Source: Piromyces finnis finn (Eukaryota > Fungi > Neocallimastigomycota). From it: 64,000 bases of DNA. Positions 51,037 to 64,000 of the stretch are shown in pieces. The stretch lies in contig MCFH01000040.1 in NCBI GenBank assembly GCA_002104945.1, positions 310,001 through 374,000 on the forward strand, read 5' to 3'. Position 1 is the first letter of the stretch. The number at the start of each line of letters is the position of its first letter. The notes beneath the pieces were generated by a model. It was not told the DNA's origin. It worked only from the letters and a program-made list of their open reading frames with translations, and searched no databases. The translations under genes were made by a program, and so were the position numbers.

Positions 51037-51707
51037 TTAACTACTAATTCGTTCTACTCTTTGTATAGTTTTATTTTTTTGAGCTCTTGATTTAGCTAAT
51101 AAACCAGGTGTTTTTAATGCTAATAATTTCCACATAGACTTTGGCTTGGTCTTCTTTTTATAGTAATAACCGATAACCCATATCGTCCATAATGGAACAA
51201 CAGCATAATGGCCTAAATACCCTGGTGGAATAGAATAATCTTCACCTCGAATAACTACCTTATAAGATTCTGTTTGGCATTCAGCATTTCTAGTAGTAAC
51301 GGTAGAAGTGACAGATTTAGAAAATATGGATTGAATTTTTGTTGAAAGTAAGGTTTGTTGAGTATTAGATTTTCCTAAATAAATACCCTGAGATGGAGAA
51401 GGAGTAAATGATGATCCAGGTGAAGAAAATAACATTGGGTTGGTAAAGGTTTCTGGTGTTGTGATATAAAAAAAAAAATTATTATTATTATTATTATTAT
51501 TAAAATATTAATGATATATTTTAATAGGATGGTTTTCATTTCATACTATAATCAATATAATAAATAATAGTTTTACCTTTTGTATGGTTTTTCTGTTTTC
51601 TTTTATAATTCTTTTTATTTTTTACATTAATTGGTTTTGGTCCACTTGAATGTTCTTTAGTAATAGACAATTCAACGGAATTATTATTATTGTTATTATT
51701 ATTATTA

Positions 51708-51770
<63 letters not shown>

Positions 51771-52696
51771 CCATTAGTAGTATTAATGACATTATTATTA
51801 TCATTATCAATATATTTATTATTGTTAACTTCAATATTTTTATTTATTACTGTATTCTTTGTATTTTCGCCTTTATTACTAAGATCAACTTCAACTTCAG
51901 CATCTTTTAACCTTGTATTTGGATTTACTTTGATAGCTTCTGATAAATTACTTTGAGAATGGCGAAGAGAAAGATTTTTCTTTTTATTAATAATGATAGT
52001 ACTATGTTCTGAATTTTGATTAGTTTTATCTGATTCTTCTTCCTTCTCAGCCTCTTCACTATCTTTTTTTTCTCTTTTTTGTTGATTCCTTATTAATTTT
52101 TTAAAGGTTTCACTGATCTTTTTAATTTGCTGTAAATTACCAACAAAAGATTTTTCATCAGTAATATCATCAGCATCTTTTTCTTCTTCTAAATTTTCAC
52201 CAATACTAACAATTCGAACAGGTTCTTTTTGGTCATTATTTATGGTTTCAAGAATAATAACCTCACTAATAGAATCATTTATTTCTGTTTGAACCTCTGA
52301 TTCTGTCAATGATTGTGAATTCGATAGTGTTTGTGTTTGAATTGAAACTTGATCATTATGATCAATGACACTAGAAGAAGGCGTAGAATACAAGAATTGA
52401 GAATCAAATACTTTAAAAGCGTCAACTAATTTATACAATGCATATTTTAGTTTAGCATTAGATTTTGCTGCATTAATAATGGCATCTACTTTATTTTCAA
52501 TAATACTTTCCAAGTAACTTTCTTCGGCAGAAGATAAAACAGAAGAAATGTCTTTTTGAACTTTTTCACCGTCCTCATTTTCTTCATTCTTATTACTACA
52601 AAAATCCAATAAGTTCATTAAATTTTGTAAATCATTTTGTAATTTTTTTTGACTTTCATATAAGTCAGAAACATTTAATAAATCAAATACTTCCAT
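51037..52696 (-). CDS. Uncharacterised coiled-coil, Asn-rich protein with a C-terminal hydrophobic segment; 2 exons (51577-52696, 51037-51452), 511 aa
   Basis: Start MEVFDLL at 52696. Donor after AAA G (51577) and acceptor CAG at 51453 join the two ORFs in frame. Poly-Asn is encoded by (AAT)n. Hydrophobic YAVVPLWTIWVIGYYY near the end. Confidence 0.7.
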
Positions 52697-54504
52697 CTTT
52701 GTATGTTTTTTTTTTTTTTTTTTTAGGTTAAAAGAATATTTCAGTATTATATTTATATTATCAATTGTAATAATAAAAAAAAAAAATAGTTTTAATACAA
52801 TAATAAAAGTGTATAGTATACACCACGTTATTTTATAATATATATTTGTCTTTTGGAATCTTATTGAATTAAAATTTAAAGATATATTACAATAAAATAT
52901 ATCAAATTGTAATTTTTTTTTTTTTTTTTTTTTTTTTTTGGAGGGAAGGAAAAGGGTAGAATTCAATAATATATTTAAAAATATTATATTTATTAAAGGT
53001 AGAATGTGATATTTAAAAGGGATAGATAATTATATTTTTTAAAGAAAAAAAAAAAAATCCTTCAATGACCCGCTTGAAAATATATATATATCTTTTTTAA
53101 ATGAATAATTTTAAAATAAAAAAAAAGGTTAGTATGCATTCTATTAAAAAAAAAAAAAAAAGTATATACAAAATTAAAATAACATTTAATTTATTATTCT
53201 AAATTATTAAAAAGTGAAATAACAAATTGTAAAATGGTTATATAATAATGATAAAATAAGGTATTCTATTATGGCAATACATAAAATTACTTTATCTTTG
53301 CCTTTTTATTAGCTAAATTAAATTGATAATATTATAAAATAATTAAAAAACTTTTTAAAATTATATATGATTTTTAAATATAGTAAAAAAGAATATTTTA
53401 CCCAAATTATAATCTATAGGTGATAAAAAAAAATATTTTTATTCAAAATTGAAGTTTATATAAAATGATATTTTTTAAAAGTTAAATGTCTTTAAATTTC
53501 GAATTAAAATTTTGTTTTAAATTTTCTTCAATTTTTTTTTTTTTTTTCTTCTTCTTTTATATCAACATCATATAAAAATACTTGTTAATAAAACTCTTCA
53601 TATTTATATATAAAAGATTTGTAGAAATCCTTTAAAGAAAAAAAAAAATAAACTTATTGAATATCAAATTATTTAAAATCTACAAATTGAAATATTTTTA
53701 TGTTGAAAAAAGTGTTAAAAATAATGATATAAAATTGGCAAATGATAATTATGGATTTTTTCTTTCCTCTTTTTTGATAAATATATTCATTTCATTATGC
53801 TTTTTTGTTACTTTTCTTATTTTTTTATTATTATTTTATTTTATTTTGTTTAATAACAAAATAATGCTGTTTTTTTTTTATTTTCTTGGTTTTTAATTTT
53901 TGATTTTTTCTACTACACTTTCTTTAATTATTAATTTTTAATATATATTTAAGACAACAAAAATAATATATTAATATATATTAATATACTTTTTTGATAA
54001 TTTTTTTTAACAAATTAAATTTGAGAAACCTTTTTTTGAAAATGTCACAGTTTCAAATTTTAAATTATAGTTAAATTGTCAATTAGAAGATTATTATTAG
54101 CATAAGTTAACTAAGAAAAAAAAAAGACATACTCATCTAATAATAATTCTACTATTTTATTATACTTATTATTATTTTATTTTATTTTTTCTCTCTTTTA
54201 TTTCATTTTAAATAAAAAAAAAAATCATAATTGATATCTATCAATGATTTTTTGATATCAAAAAATTGATGGTTTTGATATAAAAACAGATTAATAAAAT
54301 TTTGAAAGGGTTAGGGAAAATTTTATATATTAAAATAGGATAGTTGATAGATTAGAGGTAGGTAATGATATGTATATTATATATATATCCATTTTCATCT
54401 TATAGATATAAAAATTGAAATATAAATAAACTAATAATGTTAGCTATTTATATTTTATGCAGGTATAAAAAAAAGTATAATTAAATATAAATTATTTGAT
54501 TTTT

Positions 54505-54533
54505 AGTTTGTTTGTTTGTTTGTTTGTTTGTTT
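54505..54533. repeat. (TTTG)n microsatellite
   Basis: Directly visible short array. Confidence 0.85.
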
Positions 54534-56027
54534 TTTTAATATCTTTTCCTAAAAATGCATTTATAGAGAAAAAAAATAAGACTTAGCAATATAAAAAAAT
54601 ATATAATTGATAATTGTAATGAATTCCACATTTTTTTTTTTAACTTTGTAAATTTTAACTTGTACTACCTTTAAAATAATGATTTTAAAGTTAAAACTAG
54701 TTCAAATTATCAAAAAATAAAATTTAAATATATATATATATATTGTTATATATTGTGTTACATTGTACAATTTTTAACCACAAAGTTATTTTTCAAAGTA
54801 GAATTAAAGCAGAAAAAAAACTAAAATTTAAATGTTAAAAAATATATATATATACAAAATTTAAATATTACTTCAATATCATAGTCTCTATAGAATCATG
54901 AGCATGATATTGTATTTTTAGAATAGAAAGAGTTAAAAATGTATTTATAAATGATAATTTTTATAATACAAATATTTTTTATATATTATTATTAAATTTA
55001 AAATGATTTAAATAATTTGAAATGACTAAATGTACATTAAACTATATCAAGTCACATATTTATATAAAAAAAATATTATTTTATAAATAAAAAAAAATTG
55101 TTAAAATATTGAAACTATTATAAAAGTATACTAATTAACTATTATAATTAATAATTATTCAATTATTCATAATAAATAATAAATTTTTACTTAATAATAA
55201 AACCTTAAATTCTATTCCTAATTCTTTTTATAATTATTTAAAATATAAATTATATAAAACATTTCATCTCATCATTTAAAAATTTTATTATAAATAAATA
55301 ATAAATGAACATTTGAATTATTATAAACATGGAATTAAGTGAAAAAAAGGAATTTATTTATCACAAGTTTTGTCTTTAGCAAAAAAAAAAAAAAAAAAAA
55401 TATATAATATCAAATTTTGATATATTCAAGCTTAAGCTCCAATAATTTTCTATTCATTATACTTAATACATTTCTTCATTAGTTTATTAAACGATCCTAT
55501 GATTTTTGTTTTTTAATTAGTAATTATTATATTATTCAATATTTAAATTAAATATGAAAAAAAAAAATAAACTTTTATCTTAAATATTAAAGTTTATTAA
55601 ATTTTACTTGGTGAATGCTTTTTTTCACTTCCATCCAAACAATAAAAGTTAAAGTTAATTCTAATATCATTTAATAATAATAAATTCATCTAATTAATTT
55701 AACTCTAAAAATTTTAATCTTATTTATAATGATAATTAAACATTAATTACATTTTGAAAAAGTTACATTAAAAAAATAAAACTTTTTCTTTTTACTTTTC
55801 TTTTAATCTAATAGATATAAAAAGACCAATTTTTCTACTTTTTTTTTTATTTTATTAAAATTAAAAATAATATTATCTAATATTATTAACATATTAATAA
55901 TTATTTTTAAATAACTTTTTGAAAATAATTGAAAAGAAACATTAGTTTTCTATTTAATAATTATATTTTATTAAATATTCAAAAAAAAAAATAATAATAA
56001 TAATAATAAAATCATATAACAAAAAAA

Positions 56028-56675
56028 ATGGCTAGAATGGGATCATCTATGGGCAACTCTAGAACCCAAAGAATTAATCAATCTAAATTTGGTGATATTA
56101 CAGTAAGATATGGTAAGGATAAACGTTCTAATGTGAATAAAAAAATGCCATCTACATTTAAAACAAGGGATTTTCAACAAAATAAATTGTCTAAAAAATC
56201 ATTTACTGGAAGTAGTACTCTTCATAAGTCTCATGCCAATAAAGAAACATATAATACTAATCATTCTTATCGTATTACTCTTTCAAGATTTATAAAAATG
56301 AGTACTTTTGTAGTGTTAATCTTATTAAGTGTATGGATTTATACTACTGGAGATGATACTACCGTAGTACGTCATAGACGTTCTGTATCTGATGTCATTT
56401 CTCAACTCTCTAATAAATATATTGACGGTGGTTATGCAAGTGGACAATCTGCTGCTGCTTGGTCTCGTTACCGTCGTTCTAAGGGAGCTTATGGCGATGA
56501 TATGTCCAATCCACACAATGGTGTTTCTGACGATGATAGTATTGTCCAAAAAGTTCTTGCTGATTTTGCAAAACTTGTCAAAAGTGAATCTGAAAACTAT
56601 GTTTCTGGTAATAAAATCAATAATGCCAATGATGATAATACAACTAATAACAATTCCAATAATAATGATTTATAA
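56028..56675 (+). CDS. Uncharacterised type II single-pass membrane protein (215 aa)
   Basis: Basic N-terminus, one TM (FVVLILLSVWIY), luminal part with RHRR and RYRR, codon usage like neighbouring genes. Confidence 0.7.
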   Translation: MARMGSSMGNSRTQRINQSKFGDITVRYGKDKRSNVNKKMPSTFKTRDFQQNKLSKKSFTGSSTLHKSHANKETYNTNHSYRITLSRFIKMSTFVVLILLSVWIYTTGDDTTVVRHRRSVSDVISQLSNKYIDGGYASGQSAAAWSRYRRSKGAYGDDMSNPHNGVSDDDSIVQKVLADFAKLVKSESENYVSGNKINNANDDNTTNNNSNNNDL

Positions 56676-59608
56676 ATAATATCATGATTAATGTCAAAAA
56701 TTAGCGGGATAAAATATATAATTTTATATGTCTTTTTTTTTTTTTCTTATAAAACTTTCTTTTTATTCTTTATAGTAGAATAAAAAAAAATCATAGTATT
56801 ATGATAATCGTGATTCCTTATTAATATTTATATTCAAATTGACATTATTTTCAATAATATATAATAATATATATAGTAGTAGTTATTAGTCTTATATTTT
56901 TTAATAGAATTTAAAAAATAATAATAATAATAATTTTATTAAAATACAATTTAAATAGTTAATCATCATTTAATAAATAATAATAATTAAAATTTATAAA
57001 AGAAATTTATATATATATATATTTTTTTTTTGAAATATTTCGTGTTTAAAAATGGTATGAAAAATATAAATATATAAATATAACAATAACTTTCAAATTA
57101 AAAATATTTTATTATTATTATTATTCAACTATATTAATAGTATTGTTAATAAAAGTATAAATGTAATCTCATAAAAATAAAGTTTTATAAAAAAAAATAA
57201 TAATCATTAATAAATGATAATGATTATTTTCTTTTGATTCCTATGAATTATATGATAAAAAATGTTATGATATGAATATAACATAGAAGAATTTTTAAAC
57301 ATGATTGATAGTTTGTTTTCCATTAAACTTCTCTTTTGATTTTGTAATATATATATCAAAATACAAATAAATAATCATTAATAAAATTCAATTTAATATA
57401 TTGTTATAATTAATCTATAAAAAAAATAATAAATAATAAATATTTTTTATGAAAGTTAATAATTAGAAAAGAAAAAAATATCATGGAGTAAAAGTAGTAA
57501 TTTCAGGCTAATCTCTTTCTTATTTATTTTTTAATATAAAATAAAAAATAAGTATGTAGTTATTTAGATAACCTTTTAAAAAGTATCATTCAAATGTCAT
57601 ATATTATTCAAATGTATATTTATTTAGATAATAACAATAAAAAAAAAAAGAAAACTAAAAAAATGATTATGACTATTTTTTCCTTTTGGTATTTATTAAT
57701 AAAATATTCTACTTAAAAAAATATCATTAACAAGGTATATGATCTAACCTTTTATATTAAAATAATCACAAAATAAAAAAAATCATTTTTTTATTTTGTA
57801 CTATGATCCCAAGTAATTCTATATATTTGTAATTTTAAATTTTCGGATATCTATAAGTAGTTAATAGTAATTTAGTCATTATTTATAATCTAGTTAATCA
57901 TAACTAAAAAGGATTATAAAAAGTTGAATATATATTTATAATCATATTTTTTTTAATTATAAAAAGTGGTATAAAATAAGCAAATAATATTTAGCAATTT
58001 TATTAATAAAATATTTTTGAATAAATTATTCATCATATAAATATTTGAGGTATTTAAAATAAAAGTTTTTAAGTAAATAATTTATTGTATAGATATAGAT
58101 ACTTCAACGTATTTTAAAAAAAAAAAATTAAATCGTTTAAAAATAAAATCATAATTTCATATCATCAGAATTATTAACATTAAAAGGTTAGATTAAAATA
58201 GATTACAATCCATTATTATTTTTAATTATTACATAATATTAAATTAACAAAAATTGATATTTAATTGTTAAAGCATTTTATTTATTATTTATTAATAATA
58301 ATTAAGCTTTTAATACTTTATATATAATAGGTTGTCAATATTTTATTAATGATAATGATTATTCTTCTTTATAGTAATTTATAAATTTCCCTTTAGGTAT
58401 TAAGTCTCATTTTTAATTTTAATCTTTGTTGTTTATATTTTTTAATCTAATCTTTTTAATTACTATTTAATTAATTTAATTTATTTTTTGTATATATTTG
58501 GATATGATTAAATTTTTAATTTTCATTGTTTATGTACATTTTTAATACATAAAATAAATATTTATTATCAATATTCATACATTATTAATACATTATGTAT
58601 TATTATAAGTCTCTACGAATTGCCACCTTTCATCATAATTTTAAAAAGTGTAATTTTTAAAATTTTAAAAATTTAAATTTGAAAATATGAAAAATCAATA
58701 TATTTTTAACCAACAATGAATAAGTAAATATGTTGTTTTAATACAATTAATATATTATGAATATATTAAATATATATTACTGTTTCATTCATTAAAACAT
58801 CGTGTAACCCTACTTTTCTTTGAAATATTTAATTAAAATTTGAAAACTTAAAATTTTAATTTATTAATAATAATTTTTTTTTGGCAAATTTATACCTAGA
58901 AAAAGTAAAAGTTGTGGTTGCAATTGTTGTGTAATCAGAAAAACTTTATTATCAATTTAGTAATCTAAAAATGTTTCAATGAATAAAGTATTAATAGTAT
59001 TATAAACTCAGTATTAACAATTATCAATTGAAAAAGAATGTCATTTTAAAGACATATTTATATCAACTTTAAATTCATAATTTAAAATAAAAATATTTCT
59101 TATTTATTTATATTATTTATGGTATTTTTTATTATTATTTATATTATTATTGATGTTATTATAACCATAACAAATTATATTCCACAATTTTTTAATATTC
59201 TATAAACAATAATAAAAAATTTAAAATAATATTAAAATAATATTTATTTTATGCGTTATATGAATGATAAATATTATAAAGACTAATTAATAATAAATTA
59301 ATAAAATCTAAAAATAACTTTAATATTTAAAATTTTGATATTTTATTTTATATATATAATTTCTTTTTTTCTTACTTTTTTTTTCTTTTTTATTTTCTAT
59401 AACTTTGTAAATTAAAAAAGTAAGATAAATATATAATTTATATATGTTACTTTTTTTTTTTTTTTTTTTTTTTTACTTCTTATGAATATATAAATATACT
59501 AATTGAAAAAGACTTTAAATTATTTATATATTTTTTTTAAATAATAAAAATAAATATTAACCATAACTTTTTTAATATTATAATTAGAAATATTTTATAC
59601 TATTAATC

Positions 59609-60354
59609 ATGAGTTCAACTACTTTAAAGCACAAGAATAGTGATCCATTACCAAACAGCGAACACGCTGGTTACTGGCCATATTCAAGAGAACAATATTC
59701 TCATGCTTCTATTATTTTTGAAAGATTTAAGTCTTGGAAGTACAGACTCGAAGTAAAAATAGCAATATTTATTTATATAATGTTAATTTATTATTTTTTT
59801 AAAATGTAAATATTTATTAAACCATTATTTATATTTTAAAGGAAGTTGAAGAATTTTTCGATGAAAATGAAAAGATTGAAAGACAATTATCAAAGCAATA
59901 TAAAAAGATTGCTGAAGCTTTCAAGCCAGTTGAAGACGAATATGGTAATTGAATATTATAATTTTCAAAAAATAATATATGAATATATATAAAAATTAGA
60001 AATGTCGAGAAATAAAAAATTGTTTAAATTTTTTTATTAATTATTATATAATTTAATAAATTGTTCATAATAATAGGAGGTACTTCAACTTATTTAACTC
60101 CAATTTACAATACTGCTATTACTTTATCAAAGGAACATGAAGATTTCTCAAAGGTTATGATGGAAAAAATTAACAAAAAAATTTCTGAAATCAAAAGAGA
60201 ACATGAAAATAAATACAGAGTAAGTAAATTATATTAAGTAAATTACATTTGAATAAATTTTTTATTGGAATTTGAAAAATATAAAGTTTTGAGCTATTTA
60301 ATGTTTGTGTAAAATTAAATGTCTAATTATTATTTTATTATATTATTATTATTA

Positions 60355-60442
<88 letters not shown>

Positions 60443-61759
60443 GATATTATTTATGAATTAGTACCTTAAAACTAGAGTTGAAGAAGCTCAAAAGGAAACT
60501 GCTAACATTCGTAATTTAACTATTTCTTCTATTAATAATCATGAAAAAGCTAATAATGTTAATATCAATGCTAAACAACAAATGGATCCATGGTTAACTG
60601 AAAGAGTTGTTGTTAATGTTCTTGATAAGATGATTACTCATGAAAATTCTTTCCAAGCTTTCATGAGTAAGATGTTCTCTGATATTGCAGCTTTTGATGA
60701 AAGCACTGTTCAAAAATTACAAACTATTTTCACCGAATACTCTAATTACAAGATTTCTCAATATAGTAATTTAAGTGTAAGAATAAAATTATTCATTAAT
60801 ATTGAAATGCATAAATATAAAAGATTAAAAAAATGAAACTTTATACTAAAATATTATTATTATTATTATTTTAATTTTAATTTAAATACTAATAGGGCCA
60901 CTACAATAATCTCCTTCCATTTGTTAACAATATTCAATCTGCTGGACCATTCAGAGACTTTGACAGACGTTATCAAATTACTTCTAATGATATTTGGAGT
61001 AAGAAGCGTACTTTAGAAGAATTCTCTTACAAGATTCAACCACACTCTATTATCAAGGAAGGTCCACTCTATAGAACTGCTGAAATTAGATCTAGTCATT
61101 GGAAACCAGTTTGGGTTATTCTTACTGAAACTGGTTATCTTCACTGTTTCAAGATGGATATGGAAAAGAAGGTTATTCGTGATTACACTATTAAAAGACA
61201 AGGTACTGGAAGCAATATTGTTGCTGAAGGTCAAAAGGGTTACAATGACTTAAAGAAGCCAGAAACTTACTTCAGTTTAAGAATTGGTAACAATATTAAG
61301 TGTGTTGAAAGTACTAAGAAAAAGGCTCCAAAATACACTTTTGATATAGTTCTTGATAATACTGTCAAGTCTAGAGGTCCAGGTGATTACAAGGTTGCTG
61401 CTGAAGAAATCAAGAGAAAGAAGACCTTCTTTGGTAGTAAAAAACAAGAATCAAATGTTGTCTTTACTCTCCGTGCTGATACTCAAGATATTTACAACAA
61501 TTGGGTTGACAAAATCAATGCTGTAGCTGAAAATTCAACAGTAAGTGATTCTCTTGCTTCAATTGTTGCCTCTCCATCTGTTTTATCTTCTACTGGTTCT
61601 ATTAGTGCTTCTGATAGTGTTAGAAGTACTCCTTCTGCTTCTCAAGTTAATTCTCCAGCTCTTTCCCCACTTTCTTCAGCAGCATCTCTTCCAGTTGTAG
61701 CTGAAGAAAAAGCTGCTCCAAAGGAAACTGAAAAAAAGGAAACTGAAAAAACTGATTAA
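59609..61759 (+). CDS. Slm1-like helical (BAR-like) + PH domain protein, multi-exon
   Basis: Exons begin at 59609, ~59842, ~60078, ~60462 and ~60896 with GT-AG introns. FERFKSWKYRLE...EEFF N-terminal motif. PH domain IIKEGPLYR...WKPVWVILTETGYLHCF...FTLRADTQDIYNNWVDKIN. Ser-rich tail. Confidence 0.75.
60328..60442. repeat. Intronic (ATT)n microsatellite
   Basis: Directly visible within an intron of the PH-domain gene. Confidence 0.9.
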
Positions 61760-62407
61760 ATTGTAGCTAAAAAGGTGTAAAAAAAAAAGTCAATTGCTTC
61801 ATAAATCTAGTTTTAAAGAAGCTTTTTTTTTTTTTTATAAATTATACAAAAACTATAAATTTTTTTTATTAATTTAATTATATAATATATATAGTAAAAG
61901 GTATTTTAATTATGTTTAATATCAAAATCAATTATTACTTATAATTCTCAAAAATATATATATATATATACATAGTAAAAAAGTAATATAAAGCAAATCA
62001 TAATTTGCATCTGTTAATTTATATTTTTATCTATCAATTAATATAAATAAGTTATATATATAAACATTATAAATATTATAACTATATAAGTTTATAACAT
62101 ATCATATAATATTTATTTTATATTTAATTTTTTTTTTTTTCATTTTTTGTTAGTTATACAAATTATTTATTAAAAATAATCTTACCAAAAATATATTTAT
62201 TATTATTATATATAGAATTTTGGTAATAGTAATATTGTATAAAAGACAAGAAAGAAAGGATATAAATAATATAATAAAAAAAAAAGCAAAAAACAAAAAA
62301 CAAAAAACAAAAAAAAAACAAAAAAAAAAATAAAGACGAAAGACGAAGAACAAAAAAACAAAAGAAAAAATAAAAAAAAAATTAAAAAACGACAAATAAA
62401 TGAACGA

Positions 62408-62408
<1 letters not shown>

Positions 62409-62459
<51 letters not shown>
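62409..62459. repeat. (AAAT)n microsatellite
   Basis: Directly visible, about 12 units. Confidence 0.9.
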
Positions 62460-62934
62460 AAAATGAAAATATCAGTAATAAAAAAGATAATGTAAATTTA
62501 TTTTAAAGGTTTCCCTATTATAATTATTAATTATATATATATGATCAATACATATACTATTCTATTAAAACTTTAGAATAATGATCATAATACTGCTGAT
62601 TTTTTAAATTTAAATTATATATTATTTTATATATTATTTTAATATATTTTTTTTTAATATATAATTTTATATTTTAAAAATTTTTATTATTTATTATTTC
62701 TATTTTAAAAAAGTAAAATCAGTTTAAAATAAAAATATTATATGATATATAATGGTAATTTTATTTAATTAATCTTTATATTTGACGTTTACATTTTTAT
62801 TATTTATTTATTATTTTTTTTTTCAATTTTTTTTTTTTTAAAGTCTTTTTTTTTTTTTTTTAATTATTGATAATATAACTATCAATATATATAATACATA
62901 CCATGATGTTTTTGCTTTCTTTACATTACATTAG

Positions 62935-64000
62935 AGTAATAACCATGACCAAAATATAATATCTCAAGATTTTCTTGGTGATAAAGAATTAAAAGCAGAG
63001 GAACTTAAAACAATAGATTTAGAAGAATTAACTCCAAAATTAAAGAGTTTGAAAGTCATAGAGATCAGAGATGAAAATTCAATGTTATCACAATTAATAT
63101 CAAATGCAGAAAATTTACAAAAATTGAGTCTTGAATATAGTAACTTCGTTGAATTACCAAATGAAATAAAAGACTTAAGGAATCTTGAAGAATTGAATCT
63201 CCAATGTAAAAATTCTTTAAATGAAATGTTGGCAAAAGAAATAATAAAACTAAAATATTTAAAAAAATTAAATCTCAGTAGTAATAAATTAACTAAATTA
63301 CCTAAAGAGCTTGGAATTTTGTTTCATATACAGGAATTAAATCTCAGCAATAATTTGTTAACTACATTACCCAAATCAACAGCAAATTTAAGAAATTTAC
63401 AAAAATTAGATCTCCATAATAATAAATTTATTGACCAACCTAAAAGAATAGGGTATTTAATAAATTTAAAGGAATTGTATCTCTCAGATAATAAATTAAC
63501 CAAGTTACGAAAAGAAATAAAATATTTGGTAAATTTACAAAAACTAGATCTTAGTTTTAATGAATTAGCTGAATTTCCTGAAGAGATAATAAATTTAATA
63601 AATTTAAAAGAATTGAATCTCGATAACAATCAATTAACAGAGTTACCAAAAGAGATTGGGAAACTAATAAATTTACAAAAATTAAATCTTAATTCAAATA
63701 AATTAACTGAATTACCAAAAGAAATGTGGAATTTAATAAATTTACAGGAGTTACATCTTTATTACAATCAATTAATTGAACTACCCAAAGAGATAGGAAA
63801 TTTAATCAATTTGCAGGTATTGAACATCAAATCTAATGAACTAAATAAATTACCTAAAGAAATTGGGAATTTAATAAATCTACAAAATTTAGAACTCAAT
63901 GATGTTCCTTTGGAAGAATTACCTAAAGAAATAGGAAATTTAATAAATTTAAAAAAGTTAAGTTTAAATTATGAGAAATTAAGTGAGTTGCCCAAAGAGG
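62935..64000 (+). CDS. Leucine-rich repeat protein (23-aa LRRs), partial, runs off the window end
   Basis: Open frame from 62935 (after a cattAG acceptor-like site; first in-frame ATG at 63082) to the window end. Tandem [23 protein letters not shown] repeats. 5' exon not identified. Confidence 0.85.

Noticed and set aside
1-64000. tRNA or rRNA genes
   Set aside because: No T-loop (GTTCRA) cloverleaf or rRNA-like GC-rich conserved segment was seen by eye; a tRNAscan-SE/Infernal run would be needed to exclude them fully.

Overview
Extremely AT-rich, intron-containing eukaryotic genomic DNA, almost certainly from an anaerobic gut fungus (Neocallimastigomycota). This assignment rests on non-catalytic fungal dockerin (CBM10-type) modules, bacterial-type intronless metabolic genes, long homopolymer and microsatellite tracts, and GT-AG introns. 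From left to right the window holds: a 15-exon gene for a ~2,280-aa uncharacterised protein (1180-9930, -); a GH114 (Ega3-like) hydrolase; a YbhB/YbcL-type PEBP; D-lactate dehydrogenase; an ankyrin protein ending in a ribbon-helix-helix-like segment; a decayed LINE 3' fragment; an Rpn/PD-(D/E)XK pseudogene; a near full-length but inactivated APE-RT LINE (23.6-28.1 kb, -); an Agd3-like (CE18) deacetylase; a triple-dockerin GH5 cellulase with a 13-nt microexon; a secreted Cys-rich/acidic protein; AASDH/ACSF4 (A-T-PQQ); V-ATPase subunit f (missed by the ORF track); two unknown membrane proteins; a Slm1-like PH protein; and an LRR gene running off the end. The most striking unexplained structure is a ~350-nt array of hairpins upstream of the LINE ORF (28626-28974). 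It includes two 124-bp tandem monomers whose four differences all preserve base pairing on the LINE sense strand, which suggests a functional structured RNA. The Ega3-like + Agd3-like pair hints at galactosaminogalactan/Pel-type polysaccharide metabolism. Family assignments come from motif recognition only; no database searches were run.
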